Assembly: GCF_000145295.1 (NCBI RefSeq)
Contig: NC_014408.1
Span: 990,001 to 1,022,000, forward strand
Direction: 5' to 3'
From: Methanothermobacter marburgensis str. Marburg
GTDB lineage: Archaea; Methanobacteriota; Methanobacteria; Methanobacteriales; Methanothermobacteraceae
DNA length: 32,000 bases
Part shown: positions 17,612-28,447 of the stretch, one piece after another
Numbering within the stretch: position 1 is the stretch's first letter
Layout: the number at the start of each line of letters is the position of its first letter
The notes under the pieces: generated by a model
Database searches by the model: none
What the model saw: only the letters and a program-made list of their open reading frames with translations
What the model was told of the DNA's origin: nothing
Program-made: the position numbers and the translations under genes

Positions 17612-18184
17612 ATGACTGAAAAACTGACTGTTGCCTGGTGTATCACCGGGGCCGGGGAGAAACTTACTGAAACCTACGAAATAATGAAGGACATCAAAAA
17701 GATCTATGGGGATCATATCAAAATCGACGTCTTTATATCCAAGGCAGGTGACCAGGTTGTCAAGTACTATGGCCTCTACAGGGACCTTGAGACCAGCTTT
17801 GACAGAAAATGGGTTGAAATAAACGCCAATTCACCCTTCCTTGCAGGCCAGGTCCAGCTTGGTAAGTATGACTTCATACTTGTGGCTCCCTGCACCTCCA
17901 ACAGCACAGCCAAGATATCCCTGAGGATAGGGGATACCCTTGTTACAAATGCCGTTATAATGGCCCAGAAGGCCTCTGTCCCTGTCTACATCATGCCATC
18001 GGATTACAGTGAGGGGAAGGTTATCACGACACTTCCAAACGGTAAGAAACTGGAACTCAAAATAACCAGGGAGGACGTTGAACACGTAAAGAGGATATCA
18101 AGGATGGACAAAACAGAGGTTTTCAGTGACCCTGACAAAATCTACAAGATCTTTGAGGAGTGGACCTACCCCAAGGATCAATGA
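17612..18184 (+). CDS. afpA: flavoprotein of the archaeoflavoprotein AfpA type (Dfp/CoaC-like fold)
   Basis: 190 aa containing ...VAWCITGAGEKL...FLAGQVQLGKYDFILVAPCTSNSTAKISLRIGDTLVTNAVIMAQKASVPVYIMP..., the flavoprotein (PF02441-type) pattern. The AfpA assignment is from memory. Confidence 0.65.
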   Translation: MTEKLTVAWCITGAGEKLTETYEIMKDIKKIYGDHIKIDVFISKAGDQVVKYYGLYRDLETSFDRKWVEINANSPFLAGQVQLGKYDFILVAPCTSNSTAKISLRIGDTLVTNAVIMAQKASVPVYIMPSDYSEGKVITTLPNGKKLELKITREDVEHVKRISRMDKTEVFSDPDKIYKIFEEWTYPKDQ

Positions 18185-18210
18185 AAATTTAAAAAATGAA
18201 TTTAAATTTT
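18184..18210. terminator. perfect 10-bp A/T-only inverted repeat between convergent genes
   Basis: aaaatttaaa (18184-18193), loop aaatgaa, tttaaatttt (18201-18210). It gives T-runs on both strands and lies between the afpA stop and the stop of the 108-aa ORF. Confidence 0.4.
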
Positions 18211-18536
18211 TACTCCTGCAGTTCCTGGATGGTCACACCGTAGGTGTAGACCGTCATTCCCTCCTCTTCAGTCTGACTGAAGGGTGCTGTCCCCTTGAAG
18301 TAGGCCTTAACCTCACCGGTATCTGCGATATTCATTGTGAGAGGTTCCATATCAGTCATTGATTCAAAAAATGCCATTGCGGCCTCTATGTCCCCCTTAT
18401 CCGGACTTTCAAAGGTTATTGAGAGTGTACCTTTCTGTTTTTCCTTCATCCGGACCCTGTTCTGGTTTATTTCAAAGATGTTTTCGCCCTTATTTTTGTT
18501 TCCGCTCTCCTTAACAAAAACCACTGTATCTGACAT
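18210..18536 (-). CDS. hypothetical protein, 108 aa, no family recognised
   Basis: Clean ORF with ATG preceded by a G-rich stretch (CGGGGG) and a TTATATTA box about 45 nt upstream. Codon usage resembles its neighbours. I recognise no motif. Confidence 0.5.
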   Translation of the reverse strand: MSDTVVFVKESGNKNKGENIFEINQNRVRMKEKQKGTLSITFESPDKGDIEAAMAFFESMTDMEPLTMNIADTGEVKAYFKGTAPFSQTEEEGMTVYTYGVTIQELQE

Positions 18537-18609
18537 TTAAACAACCCCCGTATTATTATTGGGCGGGGTGTTTAATATAATTTTGGCCCTCCCTGACTAT
18601 GTGGCTCCA

Positions 18610-19092
18610 CTAAAACTTGTATCCGATAAGGCGAAGGAACCTCTTTCTCTCGGCGATATCCTCCTCATCCTCTATACCCTCAGGTCTGCTGCCATCTATG
18701 ACCCCCAGGATCCCCCTCCCCTGCTCTGTCTCGGCAATGATGACCTCAACAGGGTTTGCGGTGGCACAGTAGATGTTAACAACCTCCGGCACATTCTTTA
18801 TCCGCTGCAGCACGTTTATGGGGAATGCTTCCCTGAGGAACACTATGAAAGAGTGTCCTGCTCCAATTTCAAGCATGGTCTCTGCTGCAAGCTCCTCAAG
18901 TTCCTCATCATTTCCGGCATGCCTCACAAGGCAGTCCCCGGATGCCTCGGCAAATGCCACCCCAAATTTTGCCTGGGGAACCGTGTTCACAATGGCCTCA
19001 TATATGTCCTCAACAGTCTTTATGAAGTGGCTCTGCCCGAGTATCAGGTTCAGGTCCTCCTGGGGCTCTATTCTGACCGTCTTTATCTCCAT
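18610..19092 (-). CDS. PF04008-type protein (adenosine-specific kinase family)
   Basis: [35 protein letters not shown]...[21 protein letters not shown]...[42 protein letters not shown]...[10 protein letters not shown]... I prefer ATG 19092 (AAAGGAGGT SD 6 nt upstream); the track start is TTG 19110. Confidence 0.75.
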   Translation of the reverse strand: MEIKTVRIEPQEDLNLILGQSHFIKTVEDIYEAIVNTVPQAKFGVAFAEASGDCLVRHAGNDEELEELAAETMLEIGAGHSFIVFLREAFPINVLQRIKNVPEVVNIYCATANPVEVIIAETEQGRGILGVIDGSRPEGIEDEEDIAERKRFLRLIGYKF

Positions 19093-19226
19093 GAAAAGAC
19101 CTCCTTTCAATATATTTTTATTATGTGTAACTTAAATCATTAAAGGAGGAGAAATGTATTTAAGGCAGAAGACATTTATCATTAATAATCATTATTATTT
19201 TTTTCTGGCACTTATGAGGTGTAACC

Positions 19227-19775
19227 ATGAAAGAGAAAAGTAAGGAGATTGGTTCCCGTGTAAGGGAACTGAGGGAACTTTCAGAAATCACAGAAGATGA
19301 AATGGCCAGTTACCTGAACATTGACGTGGAAACCTACCGCCGCTATGAGACCGGAGAGGAGGACATCCCGGCAAGCATACTCTTTGAGATAGCCCACAAG
19401 ATGGGCGTTGACATGGGACTTCTGCTCACAGGTGAGGAGACAAGGATGCACATCTTCACCGTCACCCGCAAGGGCAAGGGGGTGGAGGTTGAGAGGAGAA
19501 AACAGTACCGCTACGAGAACCTGGCAGAGAAGTTCATACACAAGAAGGCCGAACCATTCATAGTCACAGTGGAGCCCCGGGACGGAAAACCAAAGACCAA
19601 CAGCCACCCAGGGCAGGAATTCAACTACGTCCTTGAGGGGCGCATAAGGTTCTACATACACGACAATGAGATAATACTGAATGAGGGAGACTCCATATTC
19701 TTTGACTCATCATATGAACATGCCATGGAGGCCCTGGACGGTAAAAGGGCCAGATTCCTTGCAATAATAATGTAG
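19227..19775 (+). CDS. XRE-family HTH plus cupin-domain transcriptional regulator
   Basis: The N-terminal HTH is [41 protein letters not shown]. The C-terminal cupin is [18 protein letters not shown]...[21 protein letters not shown] lies upstream. Confidence 0.85.
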   Translation: MKEKSKEIGSRVRELRELSEITEDEMASYLNIDVETYRRYETGEEDIPASILFEIAHKMGVDMGLLLTGEETRMHIFTVTRKGKGVEVERRKQYRYENLAEKFIHKKAEPFIVTVEPRDGKPKTNSHPGQEFNYVLEGRIRFYIHDNEIILNEGDSIFFDSSYEHAMEALDGKRARFLAIIM

Positions 19776-19785
19776 AGGTGTGCCA

Positions 19786-21465
19786 ATGACTGCTCTCATA
19801 CATGAATTCGTTAACCGTGTTGAATTTGACTCCTACGAGGATTTCCGTGATAATTTCCAGATAAAGATACCTGATAACTTCAACTTTGCATACGACGTGG
19901 TTGACCGCTACGCAGAGATTGAACCCGACAAGACAGCCATCGTCTGGTGCAACGACAGTGGAGATGAAAGGAGGATAACCTTCGGTGAACTCAGGGAACT
20001 CTCAGACAGGGCAGCCAGTTTCTTCACCAGGGAGGGTATAGAGAAGGGTGACACTGTCATGCTGACCCTAAAGGCAAGGTACGACTTCTGGTACTCCCTC
20101 CTGGGACTTCACAAGATAGGCGCCATTGCAATACCAGCCACACACATGCTCAAGGAGAAGGACATCATCTACCGTATAAGGGAAGCCGATATAAGGATGG
20201 TTGTCTGCATAGCAGAGGACGGAGTGCCTGATGTATTTGACAGTGCCATTGATGAACTTGGGGCAGACGTTAAAAGGGTCATCGTCGGTGACCTGGAAAA
20301 GGAAGGATGGATAAACCTCAGGAAGGAACTCAGTGATATCCAGGAGGACTTCCAGGCCCCTGAAGACCGCCCCGGTGGAAAGGATACGCTGCTTGTGTAC
20401 TTCTCATCAGGCACAACCGGTATGCCCAAGATGATAGAGCACGACCACACCTACCCCCTCGGCCACATAATAACCGCAAAGTACTGGCAGAATGTCAGAG
20501 AGAACGGCCTCCACTACACGGTCGCAGACACAGGCTGGGCCAAGGCCATGTGGGGGCAGATCTATGGACAGTGGATAGCTGGAAGCGCCGTATTTGTCTA
20601 CGATTATGATCGCTTTGACCCCGAGAAAATGCTTGAGAAGCTTGAAAAGTATGACATAACAACCTTCTGCGCCCCCCCAACCATATACAGGTTCCTCATA
20701 AAGGAGGACCTCTCACGCTACGACCTATCAGGCATAGAATACGCGGTGACAGCGGGGGAACCCCTCAACCCTGAGGTCTTTGAGAGGTTCAAGGAGCACA
20801 CAGGACTTGAGCTCATGGAGGGCTTCGGTCAGACAGAGTGCGTTGTGTGCATAGCAAACTTCCCCTGGATGGAACCAAAGCCCGGTTCGATGGGAAAACC
20901 ATCACCGGGCTACCAGGTTGAACTCGTGGACAGGAACGGTGAACCCGTGGACGTGGGTGAAGAAGGTGAGATAGTCATAAAAACAGAGGATGGTAAACCG
21001 ATAGGACTCTTCAACGGCTACTACAGGAACCCGGAGAAGACATCAGAGGTATGGTACGGCGGTTACTACCACACAGGGGACACAGCCTGGATGGACGAGG
21101 ACGGGTACATGTGGTTCGTTGGGAGAACCGATGACATAATAAAGAGTTCAGGTTACCGTATAGGGCCCTTTGAGGTTGAAAGCGCCATCATATCCCACCC
21201 ATCGGTCCTTGAATGCGCAGTTACCGGCTACCCTGACCCCATAAGGGGACAGGTTGTCAAGGCAACCGTGGTGCTTGCAAAGGGATATGAACCATCAGAG
21301 GAACTGAAGAAGGAGATACAGGACCATGTGAAAAGGGTGACCGCACCCTACAAGTACCCCAGGATAGTTGAATTTGTTGATGAACTGCCCAAGACCATAA
21401 GCGGTAAGATAAGGCGTGTTGAGATCAGACAGCATGACCTTGAGGGAGACGGTGAAAACCAATGA
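19786..21465 (+). CDS. AMP-forming acyl-CoA synthetase, medium-chain (ACSM/Macs-like) type
   Basis: N-terminal [14 protein letters not shown]...PDKTAIVW, plus motifs [38 protein letters not shown] and [13 protein letters not shown] 19786 follows GAGGTG; the track start is GTG 19780. The stop overlaps the vorC start (ATGA). Confidence 0.88.
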   Translation: MTALIHEFVNRVEFDSYEDFRDNFQIKIPDNFNFAYDVVDRYAEIEPDKTAIVWCNDSGDERRITFGELRELSDRAASFFTREGIEKGDTVMLTLKARYDFWYSLLGLHKIGAIAIPATHMLKEKDIIYRIREADIRMVVCIAEDGVPDVFDSAIDELGADVKRVIVGDLEKEGWINLRKELSDIQEDFQAPEDRPGGKDTLLVYFSSGTTGMPKMIEHDHTYPLGHIITAKYWQNVRENGLHYTVADTGWAKAMWGQIYGQWIAGSAVFVYDYDRFDPEKMLEKLEKYDITTFCAPPTIYRFLIKEDLSRYDLSGIEYAVTAGEPLNPEVFERFKEHTGLELMEGFGQTECVVCIANFPWMEPKPGSMGKPSPGYQVELVDRNGEPVDVGEEGEIVIKTEDGKPIGLFNGYYRNPEKTSEVWYGGYYHTGDTAWMDEDGYMWFVGRTDDIIKSSGYRIGPFEVESAIISHPSVLECAVTGYPDPIRGQVVKATVVLAKGYEPSEELKKEIQDHVKRVTAPYKYPRIVEFVDELPKTISGKIRRVEIRQHDLEGDGENQ

Positions 21466-21701
21466 AGAAGGCCTACCCGGTAATAAACAGGGTCGAATGC
21501 AAGGCATGTGAGCGGTGTATAATCGCATGCCCCAGGAAAGTGCTTTACATGAGCAATAAGATCAACGAGAGGGGTTACCACTACGTTGAGTACCGTGGCG
21601 AGGGATGCAACGGCTGCGGGAACTGCTACTACACCTGCCCCGAGATCAACGCAATAGAGGTCCACATAGAGAGGTGTGAAGATGGCGACACAGATGGTTA
21701 A
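21462..21701 (+). CDS. vorC: 2-oxoacid:ferredoxin oxidoreductase delta subunit (2x[4Fe-4S] ferredoxin-like), VOR-type
   Basis: 79 aa with two cluster motifs, [12 protein letters not shown] and [12 protein letters not shown]. The symbol is from memory of the three-gene Methanothermobacter vor operon. Confidence 0.8.
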   Translation: MKKAYPVINRVECKACERCIIACPRKVLYMSNKINERGYHYVEYRGEGCNGCGNCYYTCPEINAIEVHIERCEDGDTDG

Positions 21702-22740
21702 GGGTAACACCGCCGTGATAATAGGGGCCATGTATGCTGGCTGTGACTGCTACTTCGGATACCCGATAACACCAGCAAGTGAGATACTCCACGAGGCCTC
21801 AAGGTACTTCCCCCTGGTGGGGAGGAAGTTTGTGCAGGCAGAATCAGAGGAGGCAGCCATAAATATGGTCTACGGTGCAGCTGCAGCCGGCCACAGGGTC
21901 ATGACAGCATCCTCAGGGCCAGGTATGAGCCTCAAACAGGAGGGAATATCCTTCCTTGCAGGTGCTGAGCTTCCTGCGGTCATCGTGGATGTCATGAGGG
22001 CAGGTCCGGGACTCGGGAACATCGGGCCGGAGCAGGCAGACTACAACCAGCTGGTGAAGGGCGGTGGACATGGAAACTACAGGAATATCGTCCTTGCACC
22101 CAACAGTGTACAGGAGATGTGCGACCTCACAATGGATGCCTTTGAACTGGCAGACAAATACAGGAACCCAGTTATAATACTTGCAGACGCCGTCCTGGGG
22201 CAGATGGCAGAACCCCTCCGCTTCCCTGAAAGGGCCGTGGAGCACAGGCCGGACACATCCTGGGCTGTATGCGGCAGCAGGGAAACCATGAAGAACCTCG
22301 TAACCTCCATATTCCTTGACTTCGATGAACTCGAGGAGTTCAACTTCTACCTCCAGGAAAAATATGCGGCGGTGGAGGAGAATGAGGTGAGATACGAGGA
22401 ATACATGGTTGAGGATGCTGAAATTGTACTCGTGGCGTATGGTATAAGCAGCAGGGTTGCGAAGAGCGCGGTTGACACAGCAAGGGCAGATGGCATAAAA
22501 GTGGGACTTCTGAGGCCCATAACGCTATTCCCATTCCCATCAGAAAGAATCAGGGAACTTGCAGAGGGTGGCTGCACCTTCATATCGGTTGAGATGAGCA
22601 GCGGCCAGATGAGGGAAGATATAAAGATGGCCTCAGGCTGCAGGGATGTTGAACTCGTAAACAGGATGGGTGGAAACCTCATAGAACTGAGGGACATCCT
22701 CAGGAAAATCAGAGAAATCGCGGGGGAATCCAATGACTAA
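21682..22740 (+). CDS. vorB: 2-oxoacid:ferredoxin oxidoreductase alpha subunit, VOR-type
   Basis: [39 protein letters not shown]... is the typical alpha N-terminus. ATG 21682 lies 5 nt after GAGAGGTG; the track start is GTG 21676. It overlaps vorC by 20 nt and vorA by 8 nt. Confidence 0.88.
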   Translation: MATQMVKGNTAVIIGAMYAGCDCYFGYPITPASEILHEASRYFPLVGRKFVQAESEEAAINMVYGAAAAGHRVMTASSGPGMSLKQEGISFLAGAELPAVIVDVMRAGPGLGNIGPEQADYNQLVKGGGHGNYRNIVLAPNSVQEMCDLTMDAFELADKYRNPVIILADAVLGQMAEPLRFPERAVEHRPDTSWAVCGSRETMKNLVTSIFLDFDELEEFNFYLQEKYAAVEENEVRYEEYMVEDAEIVLVAYGISSRVAKSAVDTARADGIKVGLLRPITLFPFPSERIRELAEGGCTFISVEMSSGQMREDIKMASGCRDVELVNRMGGNLIELRDILRKIREIAGESND

Positions 22741-24169
22741 AAAGGTGATCAGGAAACCAGATTCACTCCACGAGGTATTCGAGAGGAAGGGTGGAAGCGC
22801 CCCCACAGCCACACACTACTGTGCAGGCTGCGGCCATGGAATACTCCACAAGCTCATAGGTGAGGCCATTGATGAACTGGGTATACAGGAGCGTTCAGTA
22901 ATGATAAGCCCGGTTGGCTGTGCGGTTTTCGCCTACTACTACTTTGACTGCGGAAACGTCCAGGTGGCCCATGGAAGGGCCCCTGCAGTGGGGACAGGGA
23001 TATCACGTGCATAGGACACCCCCGTGGTCTTACTCTACCAGGGTGACGGGGACCTTGCATCCATCGGCCTCAATGAGACGATACAGGCCGCAAACCGTGG
23101 TGAGAAAATGGCGGTCTTCTTTGTCAACAACACCGTCTACGGTATGACAGGCGGTCAGATGGCGCCAACAACCCTCATAGGTGAAGTGACAGTCACATGT
23201 CCCGGTGGGAGGGACCCCCGATATGCAGGTTACCCGCTACATATGTGTGAACTCCTCGACAACCTCCAGGCCCCGGTTTTCATAGAGAGGGTCTCCCTTG
23301 CAGACCCAAAAAGCATAAGGAAGGCCAAAAGAGCTGTTAAAAGAGCCCTTGAAATCCAGAGGGATGGGAAGGGCTACGCATTTGTTGAGGTACTATCACC
23401 ATGCCCCACAAACCTCAGGCAGGACGCCGAGGGTGCTGAAAGGTTCCTGAAGGAGGAAATGGAGAGGGAATTCCCCGTGAAGAACTTCAGGGACCGCTCA
23501 TCCGAGACAGAACCCCTCATAAGATCAGAGAGTGACTTCTCAAGGGAGAGCCTGGACCGCATATTCCAGATAAAGGAGGACTCGGTGCCAGACCCTGTGG
23601 ATGACCCTGAATTCCGGGAGGTAAGGGTTAAGATTGCAGGTTTCGGTGGCCAGGGAGTCCTTAGCATGGGACTGACACTGGCACAGGCAGCCTGCAGTGA
23701 GGGAAGACACACATCATGGTACCCTGCCTATGGGCCCGAACAGAGGGGTGGTACATCAAGCTGCGGAGTAGTTATATCAGGTGAAAGGGTGGGCTCACCG
23801 GCGGTTGACACGCCAGATGTCCTCGTGGCCTTCAACCAGCCATCCCTAGATGAATTTGCAGGTGATGTCAGGGAGGGTGGTATTGTCCTCTACGACACTG
23901 CCACCGCAGATTTCAGTAAAAAAGAGAATCTCAGGGCCATAGGTGTGCCAGCCCTTGAAATAGCAAAGGAACACGGTACAGGGAGAGCTGCCAACACCGC
24001 CATGCTGGGTGTCATGATGGCCCTTGGAATCACAGGCCTCGATGAGGAATCCTTCAGGGATGCCATAAGGTTCACCTTCTCTGGTAAGGATAAGATAATA
24101 GATATCAACCTTAAAATACTCGAGGCAGGAGCAGACTGGGCCAGGAAGAACCTTGAGGGGGAATTTTAA
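22733..24169 (+). pseudogene. vorA: 2-oxoacid:ferredoxin oxidoreductase beta (TPP-binding)/gamma fusion subunit interrupted by one in-frame TAG
   Basis: Track ORFs 22733..23014 and 23024..24169 share one frame. The read-through gives ...HYCAGCGHG...[37 protein letters not shown]...[16 protein letters not shown]..., a linker, then the gamma domain [10 protein letters not shown]... That is 478 codons in total. Whether it is a pseudogene, a split gene, recoded or a base-call error is undecided. Confidence 0.8.
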
Positions 24170-25485
24170 TGTCATACCATGGATCAGCCAGGAAATTCCT
24201 TGAATCAGCCTCCATAGATGTGGGGGACACCGTTAGGGTGGAGAAACCCGATGTGACCTATGAGGGCATGGTGCTGGACCGTGCAGATGATGCAGATGAC
24301 AGGCACATCGTCCTGAAACTCAAAAACGGATACAACATTGGAGTTGAAATCAGCGACGCAAAAATAGAACTCATTGAGAGGGGTTCAGAGCCAAAAATAG
24401 AGCTACCCCCGGTTGATGTGAGTGAGGACCCCAACCTGCCAGATGTATCCATAATATCAACGGGCGGTACCGTTGCATCAATAATAGACTACCGTACAGG
24501 TGCAGTGCACCCGGCCTTCACCGCAGACGACCTCCTCCGGGCCAACCCCGAACTCCTGGACATGGCAAACATAAGGGGTAAGGCCGTCCTGAACATCCTC
24601 AGTGAGAACATGAAACCCGAATACTGGGTTGAAACCGCAAGGGCCGTATACCGGGAGATAGATGCCGGTGCAGATGGTGTTGTTGTTGCACATGGAACCG
24701 ACACCATGCACTACACATCCGCCGCCCTCAGCTTCATGCTCAAAACTCCAGTCCCTGTGGTCCTCACAGGCGCCCAGAGGAGTTCAGACAGGCCATCATC
24801 GGATGCAAGCCTCAACATACAGTGCTCGGTGAGGGCCGCCACCTCTGATATAGCTGAGGTCACGGTCTGCATGCATGCAACCATGGATGACCTCACCTGC
24901 CACCTCCACAGGGGCGTGAAGGTGAGGAAGATGCACACCTCAAGGAGGGACACCTTCAGGAGCATAAACGCCCTCCCCCTCGCAGAGGTAACACCAGGGG
25001 ACATCAAAATACTTGACGCTGACTACAGGAAGAGGGGTTCAGCTGAACTGGAACTCCATGACAGAGTTGAGGAGAGGGTTGCCCTCATAAAGAGTTACCC
25101 TGGTATGTCTCCTGATATCATAGAATGGCACCTGGAGAGGGGCTACAAGGGACTGGTCATGGAGGGTACAGGTCTCGGGCACTGCCCCGACACACTGATA
25201 CCGGTACTCAGGGAGGCCCATGATATGGGGGTCCCTGTTGCCATGACATCCCAGTGCCTAAACGGAAGGGTCAACATGAACGTCTACAGCACAGGAAGGA
25301 GGCTCCTCCAGGCGGGTGTCATACCCTGCGCAGATATGCTCCCGGAGGTCGCCTACGTCAAGATGTGCTGGGTCCTGGGACAGACATCTGAACCAGGAAG
25401 GGTGCGTGAAATGATGATGGATAACATTGCAGGGGAAATCAAGGATAGGACATCAATAGCATACTTCAGGGGGTTGATCAGATGA
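24169..25485 (+). CDS. gatD: Glu-tRNA(Gln) amidotransferase subunit D
   Basis: 438 aa with an asparaginase-like core: ISTGGTVAS...[43 protein letters not shown]. The ATG overlaps the vorA TAA (TAATG). Confidence 0.93.
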   Translation: MSYHGSARKFLESASIDVGDTVRVEKPDVTYEGMVLDRADDADDRHIVLKLKNGYNIGVEISDAKIELIERGSEPKIELPPVDVSEDPNLPDVSIISTGGTVASIIDYRTGAVHPAFTADDLLRANPELLDMANIRGKAVLNILSENMKPEYWVETARAVYREIDAGADGVVVAHGTDTMHYTSAALSFMLKTPVPVVLTGAQRSSDRPSSDASLNIQCSVRAATSDIAEVTVCMHATMDDLTCHLHRGVKVRKMHTSRRDTFRSINALPLAEVTPGDIKILDADYRKRGSAELELHDRVEERVALIKSYPGMSPDIIEWHLERGYKGLVMEGTGLGHCPDTLIPVLREAHDMGVPVAMTSQCLNGRVNMNVYSTGRRLLQAGVIPCADMLPEVAYVKMCWVLGQTSEPGRVREMMMDNIAGEIKDRTSIAYFRGLIR

Positions 25486-27341
25486 ACTGGGATGAGATAG
25501 GACTCAAAATGGGCCTCGAGATACACCAGCAGCTTGATACAGAGAGCAAACTCTTCTGCCCTTGCAGAACAGAACTTATCGATTCAGAACCTGACCACGA
25601 CATAGTGAGGAACCTCAGGCCAACCCAGAGCGAACTCGGGAAATTTGACAGGGCAGCCTTTGAGGAGGCCATGAGGAAGCTCCACTTCCACTACGAGAAC
25701 TACGATGATGGAACATGCCTGGTTGAGGCAGATGAGGAGCCACCCCACCCCCTCAACAGGGAGGCCCTTGAACTTGCAGTTACAATCGCACTCCTCCTCA
25801 ACATGAGGGTTGTGGATGAATTCCACACCATGAGGAAGCAGGTCATCGATGGCAGCAACACCGGGGGCTTCCAGAGGACGGGCCTTGTTGCAACCGACGG
25901 CCACCTTGAAACACCACAGGGGACTGTTAAAATAGAGAACCTCTGCCTTGAGGAGGACGCCGCAAGGAGGATCAGGGAGACAGAGGATGGTGTTGTATTC
26001 AGACTGGACCGCCTGGGCATACCCCTCGTTGAGATAACCACAGACCCATCCATCAGTGACCCCCAGCAGCTCAGGGATGTCGCATACCAGATAGGCCAGG
26101 TGCTCAGGAGCACCCGTGTTAAGAGGGGCCTCGGGACCATAAGGCAGGACCTCAACATATCCATACGTGAGGGGGCCAGGGTCGAGGTGAAGGGTGTCCA
26201 GGACCTTGACCTCATCCCGGAGATAGTTGAGAGGGAGGTCATGAGGCAGCTGAAACTGGTTGAGATAAGAAACACCCTCAGGAAGAGGGGAGCCTCGGTT
26301 GATGGGGATCTGGTTGATGTCTCAGAGGTCTTCAGGGATACGGCCTCCAGGATAATATCCTCGGCAGAGTCAGTACTCGCTGTTAAACTGATGGGCTTCC
26401 ATGGACTGATAGGAACTGAAATACAGCCCGGAAGACGTTTAGGTACAGAGATGGCTGACTATGCAAAGAAGAGGGGCGTTAAGGGGATATTCCACACCGA
26501 TGAACTCCCTGCCTACGGTATAACCCCCGAGGAGGTTAAAGCCCTCAGGGATGCTGTTGATGCCTCAGAGGATGATGCGGTGGTCCTGGTGGCCCATGAT
26601 AGGGAGACAGCAGAGAATGCCCTCAGGGAGGTCACTAAACGTGCCAGGATGGCCATTGATGGCGTTCCAGAGGAGACCCGGAAGGCCCTCCCCGACGGAA
26701 ACACCCAGTACCTCAGGCCACTTCCAACCTCAAGCAGGATGTACCTTGAAACAGACATACCGCTCTTCAGCATAGAAGAGGAATTCATCGAGTGGATCAG
26801 AAAGAACCTCCCTGAACTTCCATCAGAAAAGAGGGAGAGGCTCATAGAAGAGTACGGCCTCAGTGATGACCTGGCATCCCAGCTCGTTAAGAGGAACCTT
26901 GTTGAGGAATTCGAGGCCCTCGCAGAGTTCAGGGTTGATGTGACCGTGGTAGCATCACTCCTCGCCTACACCCTCAGGGAACTTGGAAGGGAGGGCCATG
27001 ATATGGACAGTATCGGCATTGACGAACTCAGAGACGTCATCAGACTCCTTGAGGAGGGTAAGGTGTCAAAGGATGCTCTCAGGGACATAGTTGCCTGCAT
27101 GGCCGATGATGGTGTAACAGCAGGTGAGGCTGCAGAGAAACTGGACCTCCTGCTCCTTACAGAGGATGAGGTTGAGGCTGTGATAGATGAGATCATTGAG
27201 CTTAACCATGAAATGATCCAGGAGAGGGGTATGGGTGCAATGGGACCCCTGATGGGTCAGGCCATGGGTAGGCTGCGTGGTAGAGCCGATGGTAAGATTG
27301 TAAACAGGATACTGAACTCAAAAATCCGGGAAAGACTCTAG
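25482..27341 (+). CDS. gatE: Glu-tRNA(Gln) amidotransferase subunit E
   Basis: 619 aa starting [26 protein letters not shown]..., with ...[10 protein letters not shown]... and a GatB/E kinase-like core plus a YqeY-like tail. The ATG overlaps the gatD TGA (ATGA). Confidence 0.93.
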   Translation: MNWDEIGLKMGLEIHQQLDTESKLFCPCRTELIDSEPDHDIVRNLRPTQSELGKFDRAAFEEAMRKLHFHYENYDDGTCLVEADEEPPHPLNREALELAVTIALLLNMRVVDEFHTMRKQVIDGSNTGGFQRTGLVATDGHLETPQGTVKIENLCLEEDAARRIRETEDGVVFRLDRLGIPLVEITTDPSISDPQQLRDVAYQIGQVLRSTRVKRGLGTIRQDLNISIREGARVEVKGVQDLDLIPEIVEREVMRQLKLVEIRNTLRKRGASVDGDLVDVSEVFRDTASRIISSAESVLAVKLMGFHGLIGTEIQPGRRLGTEMADYAKKRGVKGIFHTDELPAYGITPEEVKALRDAVDASEDDAVVLVAHDRETAENALREVTKRARMAIDGVPEETRKALPDGNTQYLRPLPTSSRMYLETDIPLFSIEEEFIEWIRKNLPELPSEKRERLIEEYGLSDDLASQLVKRNLVEEFEALAEFRVDVTVVASLLAYTLRELGREGHDMDSIGIDELRDVIRLLEEGKVSKDALRDIVACMADDGVTAGEAAEKLDLLLLTEDEVEAVIDEIIELNHEMIQERGMGAMGPLMGQAMGRLRGRADGKIVNRILNSKIRERL

Positions 27342-27524
27342 AAACCTCATTTTACATTTTTAGTTCACAAAAATATATTACCTTTTTCAATGCAAACTTA
27401 AATCCAGCTTAGTCCCCTTAAACAACCTCATAATCACAATATACCATTAATTTTTTTAATGTAGATAGGTCATTTACTTAAATCTTTATCTCAATCAAAA
27501 ACCAAGATAAAACCTGAAGGTGGT

Positions 27525-28436
27525 ATGATGACTGATTACGACATAATAGTTATAGGGGCTGGCCCCGCAGGACTAACAGCAGGTATCTACGGTGGAAGGC
27601 AGGGAAGTCGTGTTCTCATGCTGGATAAGGGCCCTGCAGGTGGACTGGGCCTTGAGGTCCCCATGATGGAGAATTACCCTGGATTTGAAATGATAGCCGG
27701 GATGAGCCTTGTCACCAAAATGAAGAAACAGGCCACGAAGGTGGCTGAGCTCAGGGAAATGGAGGAAGTGAAGGAGATAGAGAAGGATGACGTGTTCACA
27801 GTCAGGACCTCAAGGGACACCTACACGGCCTCCGCACTGATCTTTGCAACAGGAAGCAGGCACAGGCAGCTGGGTGTGCCAGGCGAGAACGAACTCCTTG
27901 GAAGGGGTGTGTGTTACTGTGCAACCTGTGACGGCCCACTCTACAGGGGCAGGAAGGTCCTCATGGTTGGTGGAGGAAACAGCGCAGCCCAGGAGGCAGT
28001 GTTCCTCAAAAACATAGGGTGTGACGTCAGCATAGTCCACAGGAGGGATGAACTGAGGGCCGACAGGTACCTTCAGGAAAAGCTGAAGGAAATGAACATC
28101 CCTGTGATATGGAACTCTGTTGTAACCGAGATAAGGGGTGATGATAGGGTTGAGGAGGTCATGATACACAACCGTGTAACAGGTGAGGATGAGGCCCTGA
28201 AGGTTGATGGGATATTCATATCCATAGGTGAAGAGCCCCTCAATCAGCTCGCAGTTGAACTGGGTGTTGAGGTGGATGATGGCGGCTACATCATAACAGA
28301 TAAAAGGCAGAGGACAAACATCCCCCTTGTATACGCGGCGGGGGATATCACCGGGGGCCTGAACCAGTGGGTAACAGCATGTGCAGAGGGGGCAATTGCA
28401 GCAACCTATGCCTACAGTGAAATACAGAGACTCTGA
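27525..28436 (+). CDS. trxB: thioredoxin-disulfide reductase-like flavoprotein
   Basis: 303 aa with FAD motif IVIGAGPAG, redox CATCDG, NAD(P)H motif [10 protein letters not shown] plus HRRDELRA, and C-terminal AAGDITG. Confidence 0.88.
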   Translation: MMTDYDIIVIGAGPAGLTAGIYGGRQGSRVLMLDKGPAGGLGLEVPMMENYPGFEMIAGMSLVTKMKKQATKVAELREMEEVKEIEKDDVFTVRTSRDTYTASALIFATGSRHRQLGVPGENELLGRGVCYCATCDGPLYRGRKVLMVGGGNSAAQEAVFLKNIGCDVSIVHRRDELRADRYLQEKLKEMNIPVIWNSVVTEIRGDDRVEEVMIHNRVTGEDEALKVDGIFISIGEEPLNQLAVELGVEVDDGGYIITDKRQRTNIPLVYAAGDITGGLNQWVTACAEGAIAATYAYSEIQRL

Positions 28437-28447
28437 AGGGATTCTCC

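Noticed and set aside
17488-17617. 43-codon ORF (MPDKRIVDLSSDHGSKLSMLSHDHDIICNPNLINKFQHIMNHD) ending across the afpA start
   Set aside because: It has no SD and no recognisable features. It may be a degraded gene remnant, but that cannot be shown without comparison.
23012-23014. The vorA TAG as a pyrrolysine or otherwise reassigned codon
   Set aside because: TAG terminates at least eight other genes in this window. I see no pyl genes here, and Methanobacteriales are not known to encode them. Local read-through is kept only as a minor option in the finding.
27330-27431. aacctcat repeated after the gatE stop (27344-27351 and 27424-27431)
   Set aside because: It is only an 8-mer with poor flanking similarity, and the ~80 bp offset lies outside the 54-64 bp class. 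The evidence is insufficient.
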